Origin: Candidatus Tayloriibacteriota bacterium
GTDB lineage: Bacteria > Patescibacteriota > Minisyncoccia > Phycocordibacterales > PALSA-1337
Direction of reading: 5' to 3'
Assembly (NCBI GenBank): GCA_028286665.1
Contig: JAQBRD010000003.1
Span: 1-55,597 of the forward strand
Length of the DNA stretch: 55,597 nucleotides
A program made the position numbers and the translations under genes. Below the pieces are notes generated by a model, which was not told the DNA's origin, did not search any database, and worked only from the letters and a program-made list of their open reading frames with translations. Within the stretch, counting starts at the first letter, position 1; each line of letters starts with the position of its first letter. Of this stretch, positions 18,804 through 28,295 are shown one piece after another.

Positions 18804-20897
18804 ATGAACCCAGAAAACAACAACAATCCAGGACCGTCAGTACCTCCAGCCAATCCCCAGGGCGCTCCTGGAGCAGGAAACCCTTCATCAGGGCCTATGT
18901 CTTCATTCTCATCGACCGCACCAGGCCACAGCCATAGCGGGCATTCGCACGGACCCGTAGGAAATACGATGGTTCGACGCGAAGGAATGACGAATTCCCG
19001 AGGCGGCGGACGAGGCGGCAGCCGAGGAGGATCGAGAGGCGGTCCCGGCGGAGGATCCCGAGGCGGGCCAAGCGCAGGCGGCTCGCGAGGCGGCGGCGGA
19101 CGCGACCGAGGAGGACGCGGCGGCGGACGAGGATCTTTCGGTCCGCGACCGGAAGAAACGCAGGTCCACAAGAAAGTAGAGGACACCATTCCTCCGCTCG
19201 CTCCCGACTCTATCCGCATCATCCCGCTCGGAGGCGTGGAGGAAATCGGAAAGAACATGACGTCGATCGAATACGGCGATGACATCATCGTCATCGATAT
19301 CGGCTTCCAATTCAAGGACGAGAACACTCCCGGCATCGACTATATCCTTCCGAATACGAAATACCTCGAGGAACGGAAGAATAAGGTCCGAGCAGTCATC
19401 ATCACCCACGGACACCTCGACCATACCGGAGGCATCCCATACATCATGCCGCGCATCGGCAATCCGCCTTTGTATACCCGACTGCTCACCTCAGTCATGA
19501 TCAAGAAGCGCCAGGAGGAATTTCTCGGAGAAGCTCCGCTCGATATCCGCGTCGTCGAAAAGGACGAAACGCTCACGATCGGCAAGCTCAGGGTGAAATT
19601 CTTCGCAGTGACCCACACCATTCCTGACGCGATGGGAATCATCATCCAGACCCCGCACGGATCCATCGTCCACACCGGCGACCTCAAGCTCGACCATGTC
19701 GACGGAGTCCCGACCGACGAAGAGGTCGCGGAATACGACAAGAAATTCAAGAACGAGAACGTGCTCATGCTCATGGCAGACTCGACCAACGTCGAGAACC
19801 CAGGCTTCTCTATTCCAGAAAAGACCGTCCACAAGAACATCGAAGCGATCATCAAGAACACCGAAGGCCGCCTCATCGTGAGCACCTTCTCGTCCCTCAT
19901 GGAACGAATGATCAAGATCATCGAATTCTCGGAAAAGTACGGCAAGAAAGTCGTCGTCGAAGGACGCAGCATGAAGAACAACATCGAGATCTGCAAGCAC
20001 ATCGGCTTGCTGAAACCGAAGAAAGACACGCTCATCCTCGCTGAAGACATGGAGCGATATCCTCCGGAACGGATCGTCATCCTCGCCACCGGAGCCCAGG
20101 GAGACGAATTCGGCGCGCTCATGCGCATGTCGAACAAGACCCACAAGTACATCAAGATCACCAAGCGCGACACGGTGCTCCTCTCTTCATCGATCGTCCC
20201 AGGCAACGAACGGCCGGTGCAGCGGCTCAAGGACAACCTTTCGCGACAGGGCGCGCACATCCTCCACTACCGAACCTCCGAGGTTCACTCATCGGGACAT
20301 GCGAATCGAGATGAAACGATGTGGATTCACAAGAAAATCCATCCGAAATTCTTCATGCCAGTCCACGGATACCACTACATGCTCCGCGTCCACGGCGAGA
20401 TCGCGAAGGAGGCAAACGGACTCACCGAGAACGACGTCATCATTCCTGATAACGGCTCGCTCGTCGAAATCCAGCACCTCTCGAGCGCGAATTCCGCAGA
20501 CGTGAAGATCGTGAAGCTCAAGGAGAAGGCTCCGAACGGCGTCGTCCTCGTCGACGGATTCTCAGTCGGAGACATCCAGGACGTGGTCATGCGGGACCGC
20601 CAGATGCTCGCGCAGGACGGAATCTTCATCGTCTTCGCAATCATCGATGCGCGCACCGGCAAGCTGAAGAAATCTCCGGACATCATCTCGCGAGGCTTCG
20701 TCTATCTCCGAGAATCGCAGGAGCTCCTCCACGGAGCCCGCATCATCATCAAGAGCACGATCGATGAAACGACGCGCAACATGAATCCGATCGATATGGA
20801 CTACATCAAGGACACCGTGACCGAGAACGTCAGCAAGTATCTTCTCCAGAAGACTGCGAAGCGTCCGATCGTCATTCCGGTGCTCCTCACGGTCTAA
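18804..20897 (+). CDS. rnj: Ribonuclease J with long N-terminal RGG-rich disordered extension
   Basis: PLGGVEEIGKNM, THGHLDHTGG, HTGDLK, DSTN, HSSGHA and PVHG motifs. Confidence 0.97.
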   Translation: MNPENNNNPGPSVPPANPQGAPGAGNPSSGPMSSFSSTAPGHSHSGHSHGPVGNTMVRREGMTNSRGGGRGGSRGGSRGGPGGGSRGGPSAGGSRGGGGRDRGGRGGGRGSFGPRPEETQVHKKVEDTIPPLAPDSIRIIPLGGVEEIGKNMTSIEYGDDIIVIDIGFQFKDENTPGIDYILPNTKYLEERKNKVRAVIITHGHLDHTGGIPYIMPRIGNPPLYTRLLTSVMIKKRQEEFLGEAPLDIRVVEKDETLTIGKLRVKFFAVTHTIPDAMGIIIQTPHGSIVHTGDLKLDHVDGVPTDEEVAEYDKKFKNENVLMLMADSTNVENPGFSIPEKTVHKNIEAIIKNTEGRLIVSTFSSLMERMIKIIEFSEKYGKKVVVEGRSMKNNIEICKHIGLLKPKKDTLILAEDMERYPPERIVILATGAQGDEFGALMRMSNKTHKYIKITKRDTVLLSSSIVPGNERPVQRLKDNLSRQGAHILHYRTSEVHSSGHANRDETMWIHKKIHPKFFMPVHGYHYMLRVHGEIAKEANGLTENDVIIPDNGSLVEIQHLSSANSADVKIVKLKEKAPNGVVLVDGFSVGDIQDVVMRDRQMLAQDGIFIVFAIIDARTGKLKKSPDIISRGFVYLRESQELLHGARIIIKSTIDETTRNMNPIDMDYIKDTVTENVSKYLLQKTAKRPIVIPVLLTV

Positions 20898-20916
20898 CGA
20901 CCGCAGCGAGCAGAAC

Positions 20917-20942
20917 AAAAAAGCCCCTTCGGGGGCTTTTTT
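20917..20942. terminator. Bidirectional intrinsic terminator
   Basis: AAAAAAGCCCC-TTCG-GGGGCTTTTTT. Confidence 0.85.
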
Positions 20943-20958
20943 CGTTATTTGCGCTGAA

Positions 20959-21534
20959 TTATTTCTGATACATGAGCTCGATGAGCTTCTGCTCAATCGC
21001 CGGCAGCTCGTCAGGATGCTTCACTTCGAAGAAATGGTCGAATTCGTCGGGAGACGGCAGCTGAAACACCCCGTTCTGCCGATCAAGGACTTCTTCGAAC
21101 GATCTGGAAAGGTTGAGGACGTCCTTGCTGCGGTCGGATGCCGCGATGCGCTCGCGCAGCAGGCTTTCGGGATAATTGAAATAGACTCCGATGAGCGCAT
21201 ATGAATGTTTCCTGACCATGGCCGCAGTATCGCTACGCATCCTTTCAATGAGATTGCCATTGCAGAGCACGAGATTCAGACCGCCCTTGAGAGCGTACGC
21301 GATCATGTCGCGGAACAGGATGAATTTGAGCTTCGGATCGGCGATGTCTTCATTGGTCTTCAGCTTGTCGAGCGCCTTGAGCTTCGGGAAATTATTCCCG
21401 AGAAAAGCCGCTATCGGATCCGCTTCGAGTATCTCGAAGTTCGGCAGCTCCTTCGCGAGGCGCCTTGCGAACGTCGTCTTGCCGCTATGCGTCTTGCCGA
21501 CCGTCATGATGGCGTATTTCTGATCTGATTTCAT
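20959..21534 (-). CDS. AAA_33-type P-loop kinase
   Basis: Walker A GKTHSGKT. Confidence 0.8.
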   Translation of the reverse strand: MKSDQKYAIMTVGKTHSGKTTFARRLAKELPNFEILEADPIAAFLGNNFPKLKALDKLKTNEDIADPKLKFILFRDMIAYALKGGLNLVLCNGNLIERMRSDTAAMVRKHSYALIGVYFNYPESLLRERIAASDRSKDVLNLSRSFEEVLDRQNGVFQLPSPDEFDHFFEVKHPDELPAIEQKLIELMYQK

Positions 21535-21580
21535 GGGAATATGATAGCACATAGGAAATCGGGACGGAGCGTGTGATATA

Positions 21581-22777
21581 ATGATCGGCAAACCAACGCA
21601 TATGCGCCATCACGGACGTATCACACTTCATAGCCACATCCTCTACACTATCCTGGTGATCGGTTTCATCTATACGCTCCACTTCACGCTGCCGATCTAT
21701 ATCGCATCGAGCTTCCTCGGCTCATTCACGAGCGAAAGCACCGTCGGCCTCATCTACGCGTTCGGATCTGCGATGACGATCGTCGGCTTCCTGCTCATCA
21801 ACGGCATCCTCTCGCGCTTCGGGAACAAGAACACCTCGCTCTGGCTCATCATCATCCAAGGATTCCTGACCTACGGAATCATGACGACGGAGTCATTCAA
21901 GCTCCTCGCGACATTTTTCATCATCCAGACCGCGATCGTTGCGATGATCGGCTTCAATCTGGACATCTTCATAGAGGCATATTCTGATGTGCAGCATATC
22001 GGCAGCATCCGCGGACTCTACCTGACCGTAACCAACGTCGCATGGATCCTCGCGCCGCTCCTCGGTGGCGCCATCGTCGATGGAAATCACTATCAGCGCG
22101 TATACATGGCGGCTTTCGGCCTGCTCTTCGTGCTCTACTATATCGTCCATAAGAATTTCAACCGATTCCACGATCCGAAGTATCCGCATATCACAATAAT
22201 GAACACGCTGCGGCATATCGCGAAGAATCACGATATATCGAAGATATTCATCGCGAACATCATCCTGCAATCTTTCTATGCATGGATGACGATCTATACG
22301 CCGATATACCTGAATACCGTCATCGGACTCTCATGGCAGAGCATCGGCGTGATCTTCACCGTCATGCTTATTCCCTTCGTCATATTCCAGCTGCCAGCGG
22401 GCAAGCTCGCCGATCGAAAATGGGGCGAGAAAGAGCTCATGACGCTCGGCTTCATCATCGTAGGCCTCTCGACATTCTTCATCTCCTATATCCACAGCTC
22501 GAATATCGTCATCTGGGCAGGCATTCTCTTCATCACGCGAATCGGCGCGAGCGTCGCCGAAGTCATGATCGAAACGTATTTCTTCAAGAAAGTCGACAAG
22601 CGCGAATCGAATGTCCTGAGCATCTTCAGGATCACGCGCCCGATCGCCTACTTCATCGCGCCGATCATCACCGGCATCGGCATGATCTACACTTCATATG
22701 CAGGACTCTTCATGATCCTCGGCATCGTCGTGCTCTGCGGGCTCTTCTTCACGCTGACGATCAAGGATACGAATTAA
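21581..22777 (+). CDS. MFS transporter
   Basis: About 12 TMs; PAGKLADRKWGEK MFS motif A. Confidence 0.9.
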   Translation: MIGKPTHMRHHGRITLHSHILYTILVIGFIYTLHFTLPIYIASSFLGSFTSESTVGLIYAFGSAMTIVGFLLINGILSRFGNKNTSLWLIIIQGFLTYGIMTTESFKLLATFFIIQTAIVAMIGFNLDIFIEAYSDVQHIGSIRGLYLTVTNVAWILAPLLGGAIVDGNHYQRVYMAAFGLLFVLYYIVHKNFNRFHDPKYPHITIMNTLRHIAKNHDISKIFIANIILQSFYAWMTIYTPIYLNTVIGLSWQSIGVIFTVMLIPFVIFQLPAGKLADRKWGEKELMTLGFIIVGLSTFFISYIHSSNIVIWAGILFITRIGASVAEVMIETYFFKKVDKRESNVLSIFRITRPIAYFIAPIITGIGMIYTSYAGLFMILGIVVLCGLFFTLTIKDTN

Positions 22778-23025
22778 AAACCGGGATATTTCTTCTCTTT
22801 GAGATATACGGAGACCTGCTCGCGGTCAGAATCAGCAAGGATTTCGCCATCGATGTCGAGAGTCGGGGTCTTCTTCTGGCCTGACTTCGCGACGAGTTCG
22901 TCGAAATATGCAGGATTGCCAAGCACCTCCCGTTCCTCATATTTGACGCCTTTCTCAGCGAAGAGGTCGAGTACGCCCTTGCACCATGGGCAGCCTTTTT
23001 TCGTGTATAGAATGATGTTGTTCAT
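22774..23025 (-). CDS. Glutaredoxin family protein
   Basis: YTKKGCPWC and SGQKKTPTL motifs. Confidence 0.9.
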   Translation of the reverse strand: MNNIILYTKKGCPWCKGVLDLFAEKGVKYEEREVLGNPAYFDELVAKSGQKKTPTLDIDGEILADSDREQVSVYLKEKKYPGF

Positions 23026-23097
23026 ATAAGTTTTTATGAAAGCATTGTATATCTTCTGAAGCCGGCAAGCCAGGCATTCCGTTTCATAAAATAGTTT

Positions 23098-23130
23098 AGC
23101 CGCCGCGCAATCGTGCGCGGCGGCTTTTTT
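23098..23130. terminator. Intrinsic terminator
   Basis: AGCCGCCGCGCA-ATCG-TGCGCGGCGGCT-TTTTT. Confidence 0.75.
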
Positions 23131-23142
23131 CATCAAGACAGA

Positions 23143-23460
23143 TCAGGCGATAGTGAAGCGGAGCGGCTCAGCGGCAGGATCGAGATTGATAGCCTTCTGA
23201 ACCATTTCACTCCACGTACAGGTGAAGCTGACTTTCTTGCGGTTACTGCAGCGCGGAATTTCGTTCAGGTTGCAGAACAGGCGGCAAAGCCTCTCCCGCA
23301 ATTGCTTTTTGAAATTCCGAAGGATCTTGTTGAGGAATTCCAACGTCGCGACAGTTGCTGTCGAAGCAAGCTTCAAAGTTGAACGTGCATTGGGATTACT
23401 ACGAGACTGACGCGGATTGCGTGCTGAATCGTGCGGGATATGGTGACTAATCGAACGCAT
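23143..23460 (-). CDS. Hypothetical basic protein (orphan unit)
   Basis: 105-aa ORF with a GGAG SD-like site, upstream TTGCAT-17-TAGTAT promoter and downstream hairpin. Confidence 0.45.
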   Translation of the reverse strand: MRSISHHIPHDSARNPRQSRSNPNARSTLKLASTATVATLEFLNKILRNFKKQLRERLCRLFCNLNEIPRCSNRKKVSFTCTWSEMVQKAINLDPAAEPLRFTIA

Positions 23461-23604
23461 TTGTTATTGCTCCAATTTCTTCTACGTTGTTTACGGTTTT
23501 CTATTTTTACGAAAAAGAACCAACATCTATTGGTCCGGAATAAAATACTACAACACAAGCATTAAATATGCAATTGCGACTTATGCACATGGCGGCTATA
23601 ATGA

Positions 23605-25041
<1,437 letters not shown>

Positions 25042-25065
25042 CTAAAAAGTAGCGGACAAAAAAAT

Positions 25066-25107
25066 AAATAAGGAACGGGCGACCTTCAGGTCGCCCGTTC
25101 CTTATTT
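25066..25107. terminator. Perfect 19-bp inverted repeat terminator (GGCGACC family copy 1)
   Basis: AAATAAGGAACGGGCGACC-TTCA-GGTCGCCCGTTCCTTATTT. Confidence 0.85.
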
Positions 25108-25173
25108 CAAGGATAATTTTCCAAAAGAAAAAGCCATGCGTATTGCATGGCCGGAGCTTGAAGCTCCTAATGA

Positions 25174-25365
25174 CTATTCAGTGACAGCCGCTTTGGCGTG
25201 CTTTGCGGCAGACATGCGCTCGAGATAAACTCCGAGCAGCAGTCCGATCGACAAAGCGCTGATGATCATCGAGATATTGCTATGCTTGATGATTCCACCC
25301 ATCAGAAAGACTGCCAGAAGAATGAGTGCGCAGATAGGACCTAATGTATTTTCGATGAAGTTCAT
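25174..25365 (-). CDS. Small two-TM membrane protein
   Basis: 63 aa from MNFIENT; GAGG SD-like site upstream. Confidence 0.55.
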   Translation of the reverse strand: MNFIENTLGPICALILLAVFLMGGIIKHSNISMIISALSIGLLLGVYLERMSAAKHAKAAVTE

Positions 25366-25485
25366 GATATTTTCCTCGTAGTTTTCACTCTGCAGCTGTT
25401 GATTTGTTGAGCTGCATGTTCCAATGCACGATATGCCCTGGAACATGCAGCCAACTGAGGAATTCAATGAATCTTATCTGTTATT

Positions 25486-25513
25486 ATTATACCAGATTTA
25501 TATACTATGTCAA
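25486..25513 (-). promoter_or_regulatory. Consensus sigma70 promoter
   Basis: TTGACA-16 nt (ending TGG)-TATAAT. Confidence 0.7.
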
Positions 25514-25740
25514 ATACTCGCAAATAACTAAGAGTTATGATGCTTATGAATACGGTAACACAAAGAATTGCTTTCATAGTATTTTCAATCTGAACTTGTT
25601 TCACTGCAGTTATGACCTCCCTCTCACCGCGTAGTGACGAGAGAAATCCCTTTCTGCAGCTAACGCCTGCCCGCACAGTATCATATGGATATTCGCAGAG
25701 CAAGATGATGACTCATGGAAATATCAGCTCATAAAAAAGG

Positions 25741-25771
25741 ACAAGGCGACCATTGCTGGCCGCCTGTTTTG
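25741..25771. terminator. Hairpin (GGCGACC family copy 2)
   Basis: ACAAGGCGACC-ATTGCT-GGCCGCCTGTTTT just downstream of the 25785 stop. Confidence 0.6.
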
Positions 25772-25784
25772 AAAAGAACACTGA

Positions 25785-26600
25785 TTATAGACTGGATGTG
25801 TTCAGCACGACTGTATTCAGTACGTTGATAGTCACCCCCAATGGAAGACTCGGAGCGTACCGATCGAGCTGCAGATCATCCTGGCCTCGGATTCCATCAG
25901 GAAGGATCCCGATAGCATACGACAGCTGAACCGGATCAGCCGCAGTTTCAAGCACATCCGCCTTGATTCTCAAGATCCTTGATGAATTATGAGGTACGGC
26001 ATAGTGGAAGCCTGAGATATTCAGGAAGTAATTCAATCCTTCTTTCGCGACAGTGCCCGAGTTGAGTTCCTGCGAAGCAAGAATGCTGCCCGCATCATCA
26101 GTCACGTAGAATATCTTGAACACCTTCCTGTAAACATCCGGGTTCTGTCCGAGATCGATCCTGATTCGCTGAAGATCCATGTCTGAATCCGCAGCCCTTG
26201 CAACCAGCGACATGAGCGTCGCATTAGTCTGATTTTTTCGAATCTCGACGGCATTCGTCTGATTCGGATCAAGCTTCACGAAGAGAGGCGTCGGATCTTT
26301 CCTAAGTCTGAAGAATGCCGATGTCGGGTACTCCGCTTTGGAAAAGCTGCCCACGATTTCCTTCAGCACCGTCGAATCTGTCGGCGTCACTGATCCCATC
26401 GTACTCCAGCCCTTGAGATCGCTCGATATCTCGACCGCATAATGCATGTCTGCTTCTATCGTTCCAGTCATGTACACGAGCGTGGTATTCAAAATATCCA
26501 CCATCGTGTATCCGCTTATCTGAGGAGCAGCCGCTTGGACTGAATGCCTCAAGAAAAGAACTGCCAACGCGCAGAGCAAACCGCCGATTTTTGTTTTCAT
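25785..26600 (-). CDS. Secreted hypothetical protein (signal peptide, beta-rich domains)
   Basis: Signal peptide ending VQA; YAVEISSDLKGW...FFRLR motif followed by an Ig-like beta-rich segment. Confidence 0.75.
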   Translation of the reverse strand: MKTKIGGLLCALAVLFLRHSVQAAAPQISGYTMVDILNTTLVYMTGTIEADMHYAVEISSDLKGWSTMGSVTPTDSTVLKEIVGSFSKAEYPTSAFFRLRKDPTPLFVKLDPNQTNAVEIRKNQTNATLMSLVARAADSDMDLQRIRIDLGQNPDVYRKVFKIFYVTDDAGSILASQELNSGTVAKEGLNYFLNISGFHYAVPHNSSRILRIKADVLETAADPVQLSYAIGILPDGIRGQDDLQLDRYAPSLPLGVTINVLNTVVLNTSSL

Positions 26601-26663
26601 TTATTCTAATCGAATTTTCAAAGAGTTAAGCGGGCAGAATGCCAGCTTTGTCACTCGGTGTAT

Positions 26664-26692
26664 ATTATAGCACACAATATACACCTGGTCAA
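26664..26692 (-). promoter_or_regulatory. Consensus sigma70 promoter
   Basis: TTGACC-17 nt (ending TGC)-TATAAT. Confidence 0.7.
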
Positions 26693-26765
26693 TTATCATA
26701 CGCAGCTCGAAATAAGGCTGTGCAATTGGCGTATTACGCGATGACGTGTATGGTATCCGTCGATA

Positions 26766-26801
26766 CAAAGAACGAGGCGACCTGTGAGGTCGCCCGTTTT
26801 G
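26766..26801. terminator. Hairpin (GGCGACC family copy 3)
   Basis: CAAAGAACGAGGCGACC-TGTGA-GGTCGCCCGTTTTG. Confidence 0.65.
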
Positions 26802-26834
26802 CATTTATTTCACACATCGTCAGATGACGATTGG

Positions 26835-27452
26835 TCATGCTGGATTCTTCTCGAATAAGCGCGGGATAACCCGATACATATCGAGACGTGCTTCATAGAA
26901 AGGAGCTACAGAATCATCGACCTGAAATCCCGAGAACATCTCGGCATGATTCCATTGGCCAGAATCGAGAGCGGCATGCTTTTCAAGATAATACCTGAAC
27001 GCAAGAAGCTCAGCTGTGCCGCACCACCCTGGAGCCTTGAGGATGAGGGCGGGCATGCCTGAAAATTCCCGCAATCGGGATATGACGCTCATCGCGCGAA
27101 GCGGCGGAGTCATCGTCCGAACCTTACGCATGTATACGCCGCCTGATTCTCGAACTTCTTTGGACACAGTATTTTCCCCGAAATACATGGTGTCGAAAAA
27201 CCAGAGAAATTCTGAATGATCGTCGACCTTGCTGTAATCTCCGAACTTGAGGTTACCCGTCTGCAATTCGCCTGCTGCCATATCCTCAAATCCCTTGCTT
27301 TCAGGATAGAGTGCGCGGGCAAGCCTTAGGGATTCGGCGAATTCGTCTGCTGCATATGCGCTCAATATCAAGAGCGCTTGAAGATCGGCGACTGAAAGCC
27401 CCGACCAATTCAGATTAGTGATCTGCTGTGCAATTTGTATATATTTGTTCAT
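26835..27452 (-). CDS. Hypothetical all-alpha protein, possible heme-oxygenase-like diiron fold
   Basis: GEL...DDHSEFL and YYLEKHAALDSGQWNH; start at MNKYIQ after TTGACA-17-TATAAA (27494-27466). Confidence 0.6.
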   Translation of the reverse strand: MNKYIQIAQQITNLNWSGLSVADLQALLILSAYAADEFAESLRLARALYPESKGFEDMAAGELQTGNLKFGDYSKVDDHSEFLWFFDTMYFGENTVSKEVRESGGVYMRKVRTMTPPLRAMSVISRLREFSGMPALILKAPGWCGTAELLAFRYYLEKHAALDSGQWNHAEMFSGFQVDDSVAPFYEARLDMYRVIPRLFEKNPA

Positions 27453-27513
27453 AACATCTGAATCATTTATATAAAACAAAACACTGGGTGTCAATCTATT
27501 CATGACAATAGAA

Positions 27514-27541
27514 AATTGCGAAGCCCGAAGACTTCGCAATT
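27514..27541. terminator. Hairpin downstream of the 27563 gene
   Basis: AATTGCGAAG-CCCGAAGA-CTTCGCAATT. Confidence 0.6.
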
Positions 27542-27562
27542 AACACAGAGACAGTTCAATCC

Positions 27563-28147
27563 TTATTTTTCTTTGACGATCGACTGAACTTCTCCGACAG
27601 CCTCCCCGCTTACTAATTTTTTGGCAAGAGGCTTGCCGAGAGAACCCAAGACTACGAGAGAATCGGATTCAATTCCCGCGATGACAGTTTCGGCTACGTC
27701 CGGAACATTCCGGAGATCTACCTTGACCGTCACAGGATTCGGAGCTTGTTCCAAAAAACCCTGATTGATGTCCGAGAAGGTGGCCGCTCCGTCGATGATG
27801 AAAGCCGAAGCGATCATCATGCCCTTTTTGAAAAGGTACGCGACCGGAACATGGCCCGCAGCTACTGCAGTTCCTTCGAAGGTGACAGTGAGAGAAGGAA
27901 CGACCACATATCCATTTTTAACCAGGACATCTGCTATCAGGACCGTGACCATATCTGCCTCGTTCCCATTCTGTCCAGACGAAACTGCGATCAGCTGCGC
28001 CGGAGGAGTAGCAGCATCTACCGCAAGGGTAAGCGACGCTTTCTGGGGCTTTGCGGAGTTCTGAGCTTTGCCTGCAGTTTGAGCTGACACATAACCAGCC
28101 TGAGCAAGACAGAGGACCAGCAGACCGACAATAAACATGGATTTCAT
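27563..28147 (-). CDS. Secreted beta-rich hypothetical protein
   Basis: Signal peptide ending VSA; Ig-like alternating hydrophobic strands. Confidence 0.75.
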   Translation of the reverse strand: MKSMFIVGLLVLCLAQAGYVSAQTAGKAQNSAKPQKASLTLAVDAATPPAQLIAVSSGQNGNEADMVTVLIADVLVKNGYVVVPSLTVTFEGTAVAAGHVPVAYLFKKGMMIASAFIIDGAATFSDINQGFLEQAPNPVTVKVDLRNVPDVAETVIAGIESDSLVVLGSLGKPLAKKLVSGEAVGEVQSIVKEK

Positions 28148-28222
28148 AGAATAGTTCAGTGGATTTTCAAAGAGACCGGCGGACGTCGTGCCCGCTTGGA
28201 TGCTTTCGATAATTCCTTTAAT

Positions 28223-28251
28223 ATTATAGCATATAATATATGTATAGTCAA
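28223..28251 (-). promoter_or_regulatory. Consensus sigma70 promoter
   Basis: TTGACT-17 nt (ending TGC)-TATAAT. Confidence 0.7.
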
Positions 28252-28295
28252 TTCTCGTAAACCGCCTAAAATAACGCTATACTTGTAGCCACATT

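Noticed and set aside
19000-19135. CGAGGCGG-type short DNA repeats as a separate repeat element
   Set aside because: They simply encode the RGG tract of RNase J.
19340-20260. Long antisense ORFs over rnj, and similarly over gpmI (30191-31141), dedA (31756-32598), ftsEX (46848-47912) and pyrH (48012-48773)
   Set aside because: They are explained by GC-rich codon usage (ATC/GAC/GTC/CTC) that depletes stop codons on the opposite strand, and they carry no motifs.
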